64,000 nucleotides of DNA from Microvirga sp. (GTDB taxonomy: Bacteria > Pseudomonadota > Alphaproteobacteria > Rhizobiales > Beijerinckiaceae). The stretch is taken from NCBI GenBank assembly GCA_035645515.1, contig DASQML010000030.1, positions 67,001 through 131,000 on the forward strand, given 5' to 3'. Position numbers and translations under genes: made by a program. The notes below the pieces were generated by a model. The model had not been told where the DNA came from. It searched no databases and saw only the letters and a list, made by a program, of their open reading frames with translations. This document shows, one piece after another, positions 54,794 to 64,000 of this stretch (its first letter is position 1; each line of letters begins with the position of its first letter).

Positions 54794-54949
54794 TCACAGC
54801 GGTCGGTTGAGGACCTGCGGACCCAGCTTCGCAATCGTGACGGCGAACAGCAGGATGCAGAGAATGCCGAGCGTCAGGCCGAGCGCGACCGAGCGCCGCC
54901 GGCGTCGCTGCTGCTCTTCGGGAGTGAGGTGGTAGGAGTTCCCCGTCAT
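54794..54949 (-). CDS. 51-aa single-TM protein between ctaB and ctaG (not in the ORF track)
   Basis: My own translation is MTGNSYHLTPEEQQRRRRRSVALGLTLGILCILLFAVTIAKLGPQVLNRPL*. The ORF fills the gap between the ctaB stop (54956) and the ctaG start (54786). Confidence 0.6.
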   Translation of the reverse strand: MTGNSYHLTPEEQQRRRRRSVALGLTLGILCILLFAVTIAKLGPQVLNRPL

Positions 54950-54955
54950 CCCTGT

Positions 54956-55912
54956 TCACCCCAGGATCGGATGGAAGAAGCCGAAGCCATGCTCCGCGAG
55001 CAGCGTGGCGAACAGCAGGAAGAGATAAAGGATCGAGAAGCCGAAGAGTTGCTGGGCCACGCGCATGGCGGGCTCGCCCTCGCGCAGGCGATAGACCTGG
55101 ACCGCGAGCGCCAGCATGCCCACTCCGCCGATCAGCGAGATGATGGCGTAAGCCAGGCCGCCGAAGCCTGCGAATACGGGCGCCATCCCGAGGGGGGCGA
55201 GAAGAACCGTATAGGCCAGGATCTGGAAGCGGGTGGAATCGGGGCCGGCGACGTTGGGCATCATGGGAATGCCCGCGCGCTCGTAATCGCCGGACTTCAC
55301 CAGCGCCAGCGCCCAGAAATGGGGCGGCGTCCACATGAAGATGATGGCGAAGAGAATGACGCTGTCCCAGGCCACGTGGCCGGTGACGGCGGCCTGCGCC
55401 ACGATCGGGGGGAGGGCGCCCGCGGCGCCGCCGATAACGATGTTCTGCGGCGTCGAGCGCTTCAGCCACATGGAATAGATGACCACGTAGAAGAAGATGG
55501 TGAAGGCAAGCAGGCCCGCAGCCAGCCAGTTGCTGGCGAGGCCGAGGATGAGCACCGAGCCCACGGAGAGGCTGAGGCCGAAGGCCAGGGCTTCTCCGGG
55601 CTGGATCTTGCCCGCGGGGATCGGGCGCTTGCGAGTGCGGGTCATGACCGCGTCGATATCCGCATCCCACCACATGTTCAGGCAGCCCGAAGCGCCGCCG
55701 CCGACGGCGATCATCAGAAGCGAGACGAAAGCCAGGACGGGATTCACGTCCGGATGGCTGACGACCATGCCGACGAGCGCCGTGAAGACGACGAGAAACA
55801 TCACGCGCGGTTTCAGGAGTGCGAAGAAGTCGGACACGTCACCCTGCGAGAGGCCGTTGCTGGCAATGCTCTCGTTCTGGGGCTCGGTCAGAGTGTTCGA
55901 CAGGGTGTTCAT
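54956..55912 (-). CDS. ctaB: protoheme IX farnesyltransferase (heme O synthase)
   Basis: [20 protein letters not shown]..., [19 protein letters not shown] and [10 protein letters not shown]. Confidence 0.9.
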   Translation of the reverse strand: MNTLSNTLTEPQNESIASNGLSQGDVSDFFALLKPRVMFLVVFTALVGMVVSHPDVNPVLAFVSLLMIAVGGGASGCLNMWWDADIDAVMTRTRKRPIPAGKIQPGEALAFGLSLSVGSVLILGLASNWLAAGLLAFTIFFYVVIYSMWLKRSTPQNIVIGGAAGALPPIVAQAAVTGHVAWDSVILFAIIFMWTPPHFWALALVKSGDYERAGIPMMPNVAGPDSTRFQILAYTVLLAPLGMAPVFAGFGGLAYAIISLIGGVGMLALAVQVYRLREGEPAMRVAQQLFGFSILYLFLLFATLLAEHGFGFFHPILG

Positions 55913-55924
55913 ACCAAATGATCT

Positions 55925-56040
55925 TCCGAAACGCTGAAAGATGAGGCGTCGTGCGCCTCGCGGTGTCGGCTCCTCGCCTGAAGGCTTGGAAACCAAGCCC
56001 TCGGGGGAGGAGCGGGCGGCATGTGCCGCCCGGCTCGCTG
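55925..56040 (-). other. three consecutive GC-rich hairpins in the ctaD-ctaB intercistronic gap
   Basis: On the minus strand: GGGCGGCA-ca-TGCCGCCC; then CTCCTC...GGCTTGG-ttt-CCAAGCC...GAGGAG; then GAGGCG-cacga-CGCCTC followed by ATCTTTCAGCGTTTC. Confidence 0.4.
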
Positions 56041-56042
56041 GA

Positions 56043-57689
<1,647 letters not shown>

Positions 57690-57694
57690 TTAAA

Positions 57695-58549
57695 TTACTG
57701 AGCGTTCGCGAGCTTGATCGGAGCCGTGTCTTCCGTGGAAGCATAACGCTGCTTCGCCTCGGCAAGCCAAGCGGCATATTGCTGCTCGCTCACGACGCGG
57801 ATCTCGATCGGCATGTAGGGGTGTCCGTTGCCGCAGAGCTCCGAGCACTGGCCGTAATAAACGCCTTCCTTCTCGGCCTTGAACCAGGTTTCGTTCAGGC
57901 GGCCCGGAATGGCATCGACCTTGATGTAGAAGCTTGGCAGCGCGAAGGCGTGGATCACGTCCGCCGAGGTGACCTGAACGCGTACGACCTTGCCGACCGG
58001 AACAACCATCGCGTTGTCGACGCCGAGCAGCCTGGGCTGGTCCGGCTTCAGGGCCGCATTATCGGTGACGAGGTTCGAGTCGAACTTGAAGCCGCCCTGA
58101 TCGGCCGGGTACTCATAGCCCCAGTACCAGGAATAGCCGGTCACCTTCACCACGACGTCGGCCTGCGGCGGAACCAGCTGCTGACGGAGGAGGCGGAACG
58201 AGGGAATCGCAATCGCGACGAGGATCAGCACCGGAATGATCGTCCAGGCGACCTCGAGAAGGGTGTTGTGGGTGGTGCGGGAGGGAACCGGGTTCTTCCG
58301 CTCGTTGAAGCGGGCAATGACCACCAGGAGAAGCACCAGCACGAACAGGCAGATCGCGGTGATCAGCCAAACCAGGTAGGTGTGGAAGTTGGAGACGCTC
58401 TGCCCCAACTCGGTAACCATCTCCTGCATGCCGGTTTCCCAGGGAGAGGGGCGGCCTGCGGCGGCCCATGCCTCACTTATGCCCAACACAAGTGCGACCG
58501 CTGCCGTGGAGAGGGCGGTCACCGATCGACGTCCAGTCTCGATCCGCAT
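57695..58549 (-). CDS. ctaC: cytochrome c oxidase (aa3) subunit II
   Basis: Signal plus two TM helices. VIHAFALPSF...GQCSELCGNGHPYMP is the CuA site. Confidence 0.93.
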   Translation of the reverse strand: MRIETGRRSVTALSTAAVALVLGISEAWAAAGRPSPWETGMQEMVTELGQSVSNFHTYLVWLITAICLFVLVLLLVVIARFNERKNPVPSRTTHNTLLEVAWTIIPVLILVAIAIPSFRLLRQQLVPPQADVVVKVTGYSWYWGYEYPADQGGFKFDSNLVTDNAALKPDQPRLLGVDNAMVVPVGKVVRVQVTSADVIHAFALPSFYIKVDAIPGRLNETWFKAEKEGVYYGQCSELCGNGHPYMPIEIRVVSEQQYAAWLAEAKQRYASTEDTAPIKLANAQ

Positions 58550-58658
58550 CGGCGTTCCAAAGCTCCTAAAGATATGGTGGCCGGGCGGCCACGAAAGCAT
58601 AAAGGGACAGCGTGGGCGTGCGAATATCGGCGCCCAGCCTGCGCCATCACTTTAGATT

Positions 58659-58674
58659 TGTGCCAAAGATCACA
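58659..58674. promoter_or_regulatory. CRP/FNR-family-like site TGTGC-N6-TCACA
   Basis: 9 of 10 matches to TGTGA-N6-TCACA, about 110 nt upstream of the ctaC start. Confidence 0.2.
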
Positions 58675-58866
58675 GGATGCGACGAAGCGCAACGGTTCTG
58701 TGGTCGCAATCTGTGCGTCATAGATGCCAAAAGCATTTGTGACCCCCCACTTATCCCCCTCTCGCTTGACATCATGCCCCCTGCCATGGTCCGAACGGCC
58801 AAAGATTGGATCGGAGCGGCCGCGCCGCTGTCCTTTTCTCGCTAAAGGGTCAGGAAGGAGAAACCG

Positions 58867-59379
58867 ATGGGCGTATCACGATGGGTCCGCAACGGAGCGG
58901 CGGCAGGCTTTGGGCTGATGGCCCTGTGCGCTGCCGGTAGCGCGGGCGCCCAGGGCATGGTGAAGAACACCTATGGCGACTGGCAGATGCGCTGCGAGAC
59001 GCCCGCGGGCGCCACGTCCGAGCAATGCGCCCTCGTTCAGAACGTGGTGGCGGAGGACCGTCCGAACGTCACTCTCGTGATTATTGTGTTGAAAACCGCC
59101 GACGGAAAAAGCCGGCTTCTTCGCGTGGTCGCGCCCCTTGGTATCCTCCTGCCGTCCGGGCTTGGCCTGAAAATCGACCAGACGGATATTGGCCGGGCCG
59201 GATTCGTACGCTGCCTGGCCACGGGTTGTGTTGCCGAGGTCGTCATGGAAGACAATCTCATCAATCAGATGAAGTCCGGGCAGTCCGCCACCTTCATCGT
59301 GTTCCAGACGCCCGAGGAGGGCATCGGCATTCCCGTGTCGCTGAACGGATTTGCGACCGGGTTCGATGCGTTGCCGTAA
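58867..59379 (+). CDS. invasion-associated locus B (IalB) family periplasmic protein
   Basis: Signal peptide, then YGDWQMRCETPAG...EQCALVQNV...GFVRCLATGCVAEV, typical of IalB. Confidence 0.85.
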   Translation: MGVSRWVRNGAAAGFGLMALCAAGSAGAQGMVKNTYGDWQMRCETPAGATSEQCALVQNVVAEDRPNVTLVIIVLKTADGKSRLLRVVAPLGILLPSGLGLKIDQTDIGRAGFVRCLATGCVAEVVMEDNLINQMKSGQSATFIVFQTPEEGIGIPVSLNGFATGFDALP

Positions 59380-59407
59380 GGGTCGCAGAGGCAAGGCGGG
59401 GGTTTCG

Positions 59408-59962
59408 ATGGATAAGAATTCGAGGACGAAGGCCGGTCTGGCCGTGGCTGTCCTGGCCGTTTCGGCTCTGGCCGGGTGCGCCGGGTCCGGGGAGGGCATG
59501 GGGATCGGCGAGATGCTGCTCACGGGCGGCGCCACGCAGGCTCCGGTCCAGGTCAAGCCGATGGACGACGTATACTGCCCGCCGGTGGAAATCTTCGAAG
59601 GCGGAGCCGCGCTGCGCAGCGGCGCTGCCGAAGCCACGCGCAACCAGATCGCGATCAGCAATGTCGCCCGCGAATGCGTCGGCCAGCCCGACGGCTCGAC
59701 CCTCGTAAAGGTGGGTGTCGAGGCCCGCGCCCTTCTGGGCGTCGGCGGCTCGGCCGGCCGTTACAATGTCCCCGTGCAGATCGTGGTGAAGGACGGCTCG
59801 ACCGTGATCGCCAACCGCAGCCGCAGCGCCGTTGCCGCCATTCCGGCCGGTGGCACCCAGGCGACTGTGACCGTCGTGGAGGATGGCATCGTGGTGCCCC
59901 CCGCCCGGGTCAACAGCTTCGAGATCGAAGTGGGCCTCGGCGGCAAGGGGCGGCGCGGCTGA
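59408..59962 (+). CDS. lipoprotein, hypothetical
   Basis: MDKNSRTKAGLAVAVLAVSALAGC carries a lipobox (LAGC). Confidence 0.65.
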   Translation: MDKNSRTKAGLAVAVLAVSALAGCAGSGEGMGIGEMLLTGGATQAPVQVKPMDDVYCPPVEIFEGGAALRSGAAEATRNQIAISNVARECVGQPDGSTLVKVGVEARALLGVGGSAGRYNVPVQIVVKDGSTVIANRSRSAVAAIPAGGTQATVTVVEDGIVVPPARVNSFEIEVGLGGKGRRG

Positions 59963-59989
59963 TCAGCGCTCCTCTCGATTTTCGATCGA

Positions 59990-61360
59990 TCAATAGAGGG
60001 CGGAGGAGCCTGCCCTCTGGTTGAGCGAGGTGGCGAGCACCTTGTCGATCCGGCGCTCGTCCAGGTCGATGACCTCGAAGCGCCATCCGAGCACATCGAC
60101 GTACTCGCCCGTACTGGGCAGATGCTGCAGCTCGCTGATCACCAATCCGCCGACCGTATGATAGCTGCGGGCCTCGGGCAGGGTGATTCCCAGGATATCC
60201 GCCATTTCGTCCACGGGCATGGAGCCCGCGAGCAGCCATGAGCCGTCTTCGCGGCGCACGGCGTCCGGCTCCGGCGCTTCGCCGTCGGAGCGGAAGGCGC
60301 CGACGATCGCCTCCAGAGCGTCCGCCGGGGTCACGATGCCTTCGAAATGGCCGTACTCGTCATGAACGAGAGCCATGGGCACGTCCGAGTCGCGCAGGAT
60401 CGCCAGGGCATCCAGGGCATAAAGCGTGTCGGGAATGACGGGCGCCTGCTGGACCTGGGCCCGGATGTCCAGCGGATGGCCCGAGAGCAGGGCGGCCAGA
60501 AGCGCCCGCGACTGCACGACGCCGATGATGTTGTCGGGAGTGCCTTCGCTCACCGGCAGCCGGGAATGGGGCGTTTCCATCAGGAGATCGCGGATCGCCT
60601 CCTCGTCGTCGCCCAAGTCGATCCAGTCCACGTCTGTGCGCGGAGTCATGAGGCCGCGGACCGTCCTGTCCCCGAGGCGCAGGACGCCGGAGATCATGCG
60701 CCGCTCCTCTTCCTCGATGACGCCCGCGCTCTCGGCCTCGCCGACGAGCATCTTGATCTCCTCTTCCGTCACCGTTGATCCGTCGTCCGAGGGTGGGCCG
60801 AACAGGCTGAAGATCAGACGTGTCGAGGTGTTGAGGAACCAGACGGCGGGGGCTGCGACCTTCGAGAGCACCATCATCACGGGAGCCATCGTGCAGGCGA
60901 TGCCCTCCGGGTGACGTAAGGCGAGCTGCTTGGGCACGAGTTCGCCGATCACGATGGACAGATAGGTGATGAAGCTGATGACGAGGCCGAAGCCCAGCGG
61001 TCCGGCCACGCCCTCCGGCACGCCCTGGCTCAGAAGGATCTGCGCCAGACGGTCGCCGAGAGCCGCGCCCGAGAAGGCGCCCGCGAGGATGCCGACGAGG
61101 GTGATGCCGATCTGGACGGTGGAGAGGAACCGGCCGGAATCCTCCATCAGCGCCAGGGCCGTGTTGGCCCCGGAACGGCCCTGCTCGGCCATGGCCTTCA
61201 GGCGGGGCCTGCGGGCGGACACGATGGCGAGTTCCGAAAGCGCAAAGATGCCGTTCAGGGCGACAAGAGCAAGTGCGATGACCAGTTCGAGCAACGATGC
61301 CAGGAGCTGCCGACCGGATCGGGCCGCGCTTTCCCCCTTCTGTGAATGGTGGCCTAACAT
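59990..61360 (-). CDS. hemolysin-family/CNNM protein (DUF21 TM domain, CBS pair, CorC_HlyC)
   Basis: ALNGIFALSELAIVSAR..., a CBS region, and the C-terminal ...VLGWRFEVIDLDERRIDKV. The start is ATG 61360 or TTG 61384. Confidence 0.85.
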   Translation of the reverse strand: MLGHHSQKGESAARSGRQLLASLLELVIALALVALNGIFALSELAIVSARRPRLKAMAEQGRSGANTALALMEDSGRFLSTVQIGITLVGILAGAFSGAALGDRLAQILLSQGVPEGVAGPLGFGLVISFITYLSIVIGELVPKQLALRHPEGIACTMAPVMMVLSKVAAPAVWFLNTSTRLIFSLFGPPSDDGSTVTEEEIKMLVGEAESAGVIEEEERRMISGVLRLGDRTVRGLMTPRTDVDWIDLGDDEEAIRDLLMETPHSRLPVSEGTPDNIIGVVQSRALLAALLSGHPLDIRAQVQQAPVIPDTLYALDALAILRDSDVPMALVHDEYGHFEGIVTPADALEAIVGAFRSDGEAPEPDAVRREDGSWLLAGSMPVDEMADILGITLPEARSYHTVGGLVISELQHLPSTGEYVDVLGWRFEVIDLDERRIDKVLATSLNQRAGSSALY

Positions 61361-61469
61361 GGAGGCTCTCAAGCCTGCCGTCAATTAAAGCGGGGAGATG
61401 AGGATTGCGGCGCCCTGTTTTGTTGACAGGATCCCATTTCCTCTTCAGAGCTTATGGCAAGCCGATGAT

Positions 61470-61660
61470 CCCCGCGGAAGAGACCGGGCCTTGCCCGGCG
61501 CCGAAGGCGCAACCGCCCCGGAAACGCTCAGGCCAAAGGACCGCGCGGGAGCTGGCACTCTGGAAAGCGGCGACGCTTCACAAAGCGTCGCCCACCGACG
61601 GGCGTAACCTGCCGCGCAAGCGGTTCGGGAAATCTCTCAGGTCTCGTGACAGAGGGGGCG
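61470..61660 (+). promoter_or_regulatory. tandem glycine riboswitch
   Basis: Aptamer 1 reads CGCGGAAGAGACC...GCGCCGAAGGCGCAA...CTCAGGCCAAAGGACCGCG. Aptamer 2 reads CTCTGGAAAGCGG...CCCACCGACGGGCGTAA...CTCTCAGGTCTCGTGACAGAG. It lies directly upstream of gcvT. Confidence 0.8.
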
Positions 61661-61712
61661 CAGAACAACGGGCCGCGAGGCTCGATGAAACGCGCACCTT
61701 TGAGGGAACCCG

Positions 61713-62861
61713 ATGGCCGAGCCAGCGCATAGCGACCAGCCGCTTCTGAAAACCCCGCTTCACGCAGAACATGTAGGCTTGGGCGCCCGCATGGTGCCCT
61801 TCGCCGGCTACGACATGCCGGTGCAGTATCCCGCCGGCATCCTGACCGAGCACAACTGGACCCGCGAGCATGCGGGCCTCTTCGACGTCTCGCACATGGG
61901 CCAGGCCTTCCTCGTGGCCGAGGACAAGAGCCACGAGACCGTGGCCAGGGCCCTCGAGGCGCTGATCCCGGCGGACGTGCTGAATCTCAAGCCCAACCAG
62001 CAGCGCTATTCGCAGCTGCTCGACGACAACGGCGGCATTCTCGACGACCTGATGGTCACCCGCGTCGGCGCGCCCGGGCACGAGGGCTGGCTTTATGTGG
62101 TCGTGAACGCCTCCATGAAGGAGGCCGATTACGCGCATATCCAGGCGCGGCTGCCGAAGGGGGTTGCGCTCCACCGCAAGGACGGTCTCGCTCTCATGGC
62201 GCTGCAGGGTCCCTCGTCAGAGGGAGTTTTGGCGAAGCTCGCCCCTGCTGTTGCCGAATTGCCCTTCATGATGTCCGCGGACGTGCAGATCGACGGCATC
62301 TGGTGCCACGTCTCCCGTTCCGGCTACACGGGCGAGGACGGCTTCGAGATTTCCTGCAAGGCGGAAGATGCGGCAAAGCTCTGGAACACGCTTCTCGCCG
62401 ATCCGGAAGTGAAGCCCATCGGCCTCGGCGCGCGCGATTCCTTGCGCCTCGAAGCGGGCCTGTGCCTCTATGGGCACGATATCGACACCACCACCTCGCC
62501 CGTCGAAGCGGGCCTGATCTGGTCGATCCAGAAGCGCCGCCGCGAGGAGGGAGGCTTTCCGGGCGCCGAGCGCATTCAGCGGGAGATCAAGGAAGGTCCC
62601 GCCCGCGTGCGCGTCGGCATCAGGCCGGAAGGCCGGGCTCCTGCGCGGGAGGGCACCGTGATCACCACGCCCGACGGGCGCGAGGTCGGAATCGTGACGT
62701 CGGGCGGCTTCGGCCCCACCGTCAACGGCCCGGTCGCAATGGGCTATGTCTCAAAGGACGTGTCTGCCGTCGGCACGGATCTTCACCTCGTCGTTCGCGG
62801 CAAGCCGCTGCCTGCCAAGGTGGCGGCCATGCCGTTCGCTCCGCATCGTTACAAGCGCTAA
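61713..62861 (+). CDS. gcvT: glycine cleavage system aminomethyltransferase T
   Basis: LKTPLHAEHVGLGARMVPFAGYDMPVQY and DVSHMGQ. Confidence 0.95.
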   Translation: MAEPAHSDQPLLKTPLHAEHVGLGARMVPFAGYDMPVQYPAGILTEHNWTREHAGLFDVSHMGQAFLVAEDKSHETVARALEALIPADVLNLKPNQQRYSQLLDDNGGILDDLMVTRVGAPGHEGWLYVVVNASMKEADYAHIQARLPKGVALHRKDGLALMALQGPSSEGVLAKLAPAVAELPFMMSADVQIDGIWCHVSRSGYTGEDGFEISCKAEDAAKLWNTLLADPEVKPIGLGARDSLRLEAGLCLYGHDIDTTTSPVEAGLIWSIQKRRREEGGFPGAERIQREIKEGPARVRVGIRPEGRAPAREGTVITTPDGREVGIVTSGGFGPTVNGPVAMGYVSKDVSAVGTDLHLVVRGKPLPAKVAAMPFAPHRYKR

Positions 62862-62876
62862 TCCCAGGGGGACAAC

Positions 62877-63251
62877 ATGACCACGCGTTACACCAAGGAT
62901 CACGAATACATCCGCGTCGAGGGTGATGCAGGCATCGTCGGCATTTCCGACTACGCTCAGGCCCAGCTCGGCGACGTCGTCTTCGTGGAGCTGCCGAGCG
63001 TCGGCAAGACGCTCTCGAAGGGCGATGAAGCCGCCGTCGTCGAGAGCGTGAAGGCTGCAAGCGAAGTCTACGCTCCGGTTTCCGGCGAGGTCGTCGAGGT
63101 GAACAGCGGTCTCGAAGCCGCTCCCGGCACCGTCAACGAGGATCCCGCCGGTCGCGGCTGGTTCCTGAAGATCCGCCTCACGAATCCCGGCGAGCTCGAC
63201 GATCTTCTGACGGAAGAGCAGTACCAGGAATTCGTGAAGTCGATTTCGTGA
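62877..63251 (+). CDS. gcvH: glycine cleavage system H protein
   Basis: [13 protein letters not shown]...[19 protein letters not shown]...[15 protein letters not shown] contains the lipoyl-lysine motif. Confidence 0.95.
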   Translation: MTTRYTKDHEYIRVEGDAGIVGISDYAQAQLGDVVFVELPSVGKTLSKGDEAAVVESVKAASEVYAPVSGEVVEVNSGLEAAPGTVNEDPAGRGWFLKIRLTNPGELDDLLTEEQYQEFVKSIS

Positions 63252-63275
63252 TCGCGAGCGGTCACGAAACTCTGC

Positions 63276-63385
63276 CCTCATCCTGAGGAGGTCGCACAGC
63301 GACCGTCTCGATTGATGGTTCAGTGTTATCTGGAGACGCCTCGCCCTTCGAGACGGATTGCTCCGCAATCCTCCTCAGGGTGAGG
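63276..63385. repeat. nested-palindrome element, copy 3
   Basis: CCTCATCCTGAGGAG (63276-63290) ... CGTCTCGA ... CCTTCGAGACG ... CTCCTCAGGGTGAGG (63371-63385). Confidence 0.7.
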
Positions 63386-63411
63386 CTCAGTTAGATCGTC
63401 TTAAGGTAGGT

Positions 63412-63894
63412 ATGGCGATGTCGCACGAATACACGGCCACCGTGACATGGACTCGCGGGGAGGGTGAGGCCTTCTCCGACAGCAAATACAGCCGCGGCCA
63501 CCGATGGTCGTTCGACGGCGGCATCGAAATCATGGCATCGGCATCGCCCTCGGTGGTGCCGCTGCCGCTATCGCGTGAAGATGCGGTCGATCCCGAGGAA
63601 GCGTTTGTGGCGGCAGTGTCGAGCTGTCACATGCTCACCTTCCTCTCCATCGCCGCCAAGAAGCGCTTCGTCGTCGACTCCTACAAGGACAGGGCGCTTG
63701 GCGTGATGACGCCGAACGAGAAGGGCAAGCTCTTCGTCTCCAAGGTCACGCTCGATCCGGTGATCGAATTCTCGGGCGATAAGATCCCTAGCCCTGAGCA
63801 GATCGCCGACATGCATCACCTCGCTCACAAGGAATGCTTCATCGCCAATTCCGTGCTCACGGAGATTGTGGTGGCGGGCATTCCCTCGCATTAA
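63412..63894 (+). CDS. OsmC/Ohr-family peroxiredoxin-like protein
   Basis: YTATVTWTRGEG...EEAFVAAVSSCHMLTFL...LAHKECFIANS fits the OsmC two-Cys pattern. The start is ATG 63412 or 63418. Confidence 0.85.
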   Translation: MAMSHEYTATVTWTRGEGEAFSDSKYSRGHRWSFDGGIEIMASASPSVVPLPLSREDAVDPEEAFVAAVSSCHMLTFLSIAAKKRFVVDSYKDRALGVMTPNEKGKLFVSKVTLDPVIEFSGDKIPSPEQIADMHHLAHKECFIANSVLTEIVVAGIPSH

Positions 63895-63911
63895 ACCAGG
63901 GTTTTCAGCCG

Positions 63912-64000
63912 ATGCGTTATTTGCCTCTTTCCGATACCGATCGCAGCGAGATGCTCGCGCGCATCGGCGTCAAAACGGTGGACGAATTGTTCGCCGACGT
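63912..64000 (+). CDS. gcvPA: glycine dehydrogenase (decarboxylating) subunit 1, N-terminal fragment
   Basis: MRYLPLSDTDRSEMLARIGVKTVDELFADV is the typical GcvPA start. The gene runs off the window. Confidence 0.8.
   Translation, partial: MRYLPLSDTDRSEMLARIGVKTVDELFAD

Overview
High-GC chromosomal segment that looks alphaproteobacterial (Hyphomicrobiales/Rhizobiales-like) by gene content and synteny. This is an inference; I ran no search. Most of the window is conserved housekeeping. It carries ilvD, kynA plus a kynureninase-like gene, an Fe-chelate-type ABC importer, and a NitT/TauT-type ABC importer. It also carries kefB plus a MATE pump, ispH-thrB-rnhA, a Prx5-type peroxiredoxin, a 7TMR-DISM/PAS/GGDEF/EAL sensor, and thrC with an M16 peptidase. 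The aa3 cytochrome oxidase cluster reads ctaC-ctaD-ctaB-(51-aa ORF)-ctaG-ctaE, terminator, DUF983-SURF1. IalB and a tandem glycine riboswitch ahead of gcvT-gcvH-osmC-gcvPA complete the core. Accessory content is an autotransporter, two RTX proteins with no type I secretion genes in the window (one fused to a glycoside hydrolase), and a gene-poor, lower-GC patch at about 29.1-33.7 kb. That patch holds an IS5-family transposase remnant, an MmyB-like regulator/ABM monooxygenase pair, several small unrecognised ORFs and many short palindromic repeats. A separate ~110-bp nested-palindrome element occurs at least three times. I saw no rRNA, tRNA or CRISPR array by eye. I did not find a convincing multi-gene novel system such as a defence-like enzyme cluster. 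The best leads are cis-elements and small genes: a perfect EcfG-type promoter ahead of a hemerythrin-TM-disordered-tail protein, an untracked 51-aa ORF inside the cta cluster, a translationally coupled pair of secreted proteins, the LysR/DUF1127 divergent pair, several perfect palindromes in divergent promoters, and osmC plus a repeat element inside the gcv operon. Many long ORFs in the track are antisense or alternate-frame artefacts of high GC and were not called. The track labels GTG/TTG starts as M, so several starts were re-placed using RBS context.
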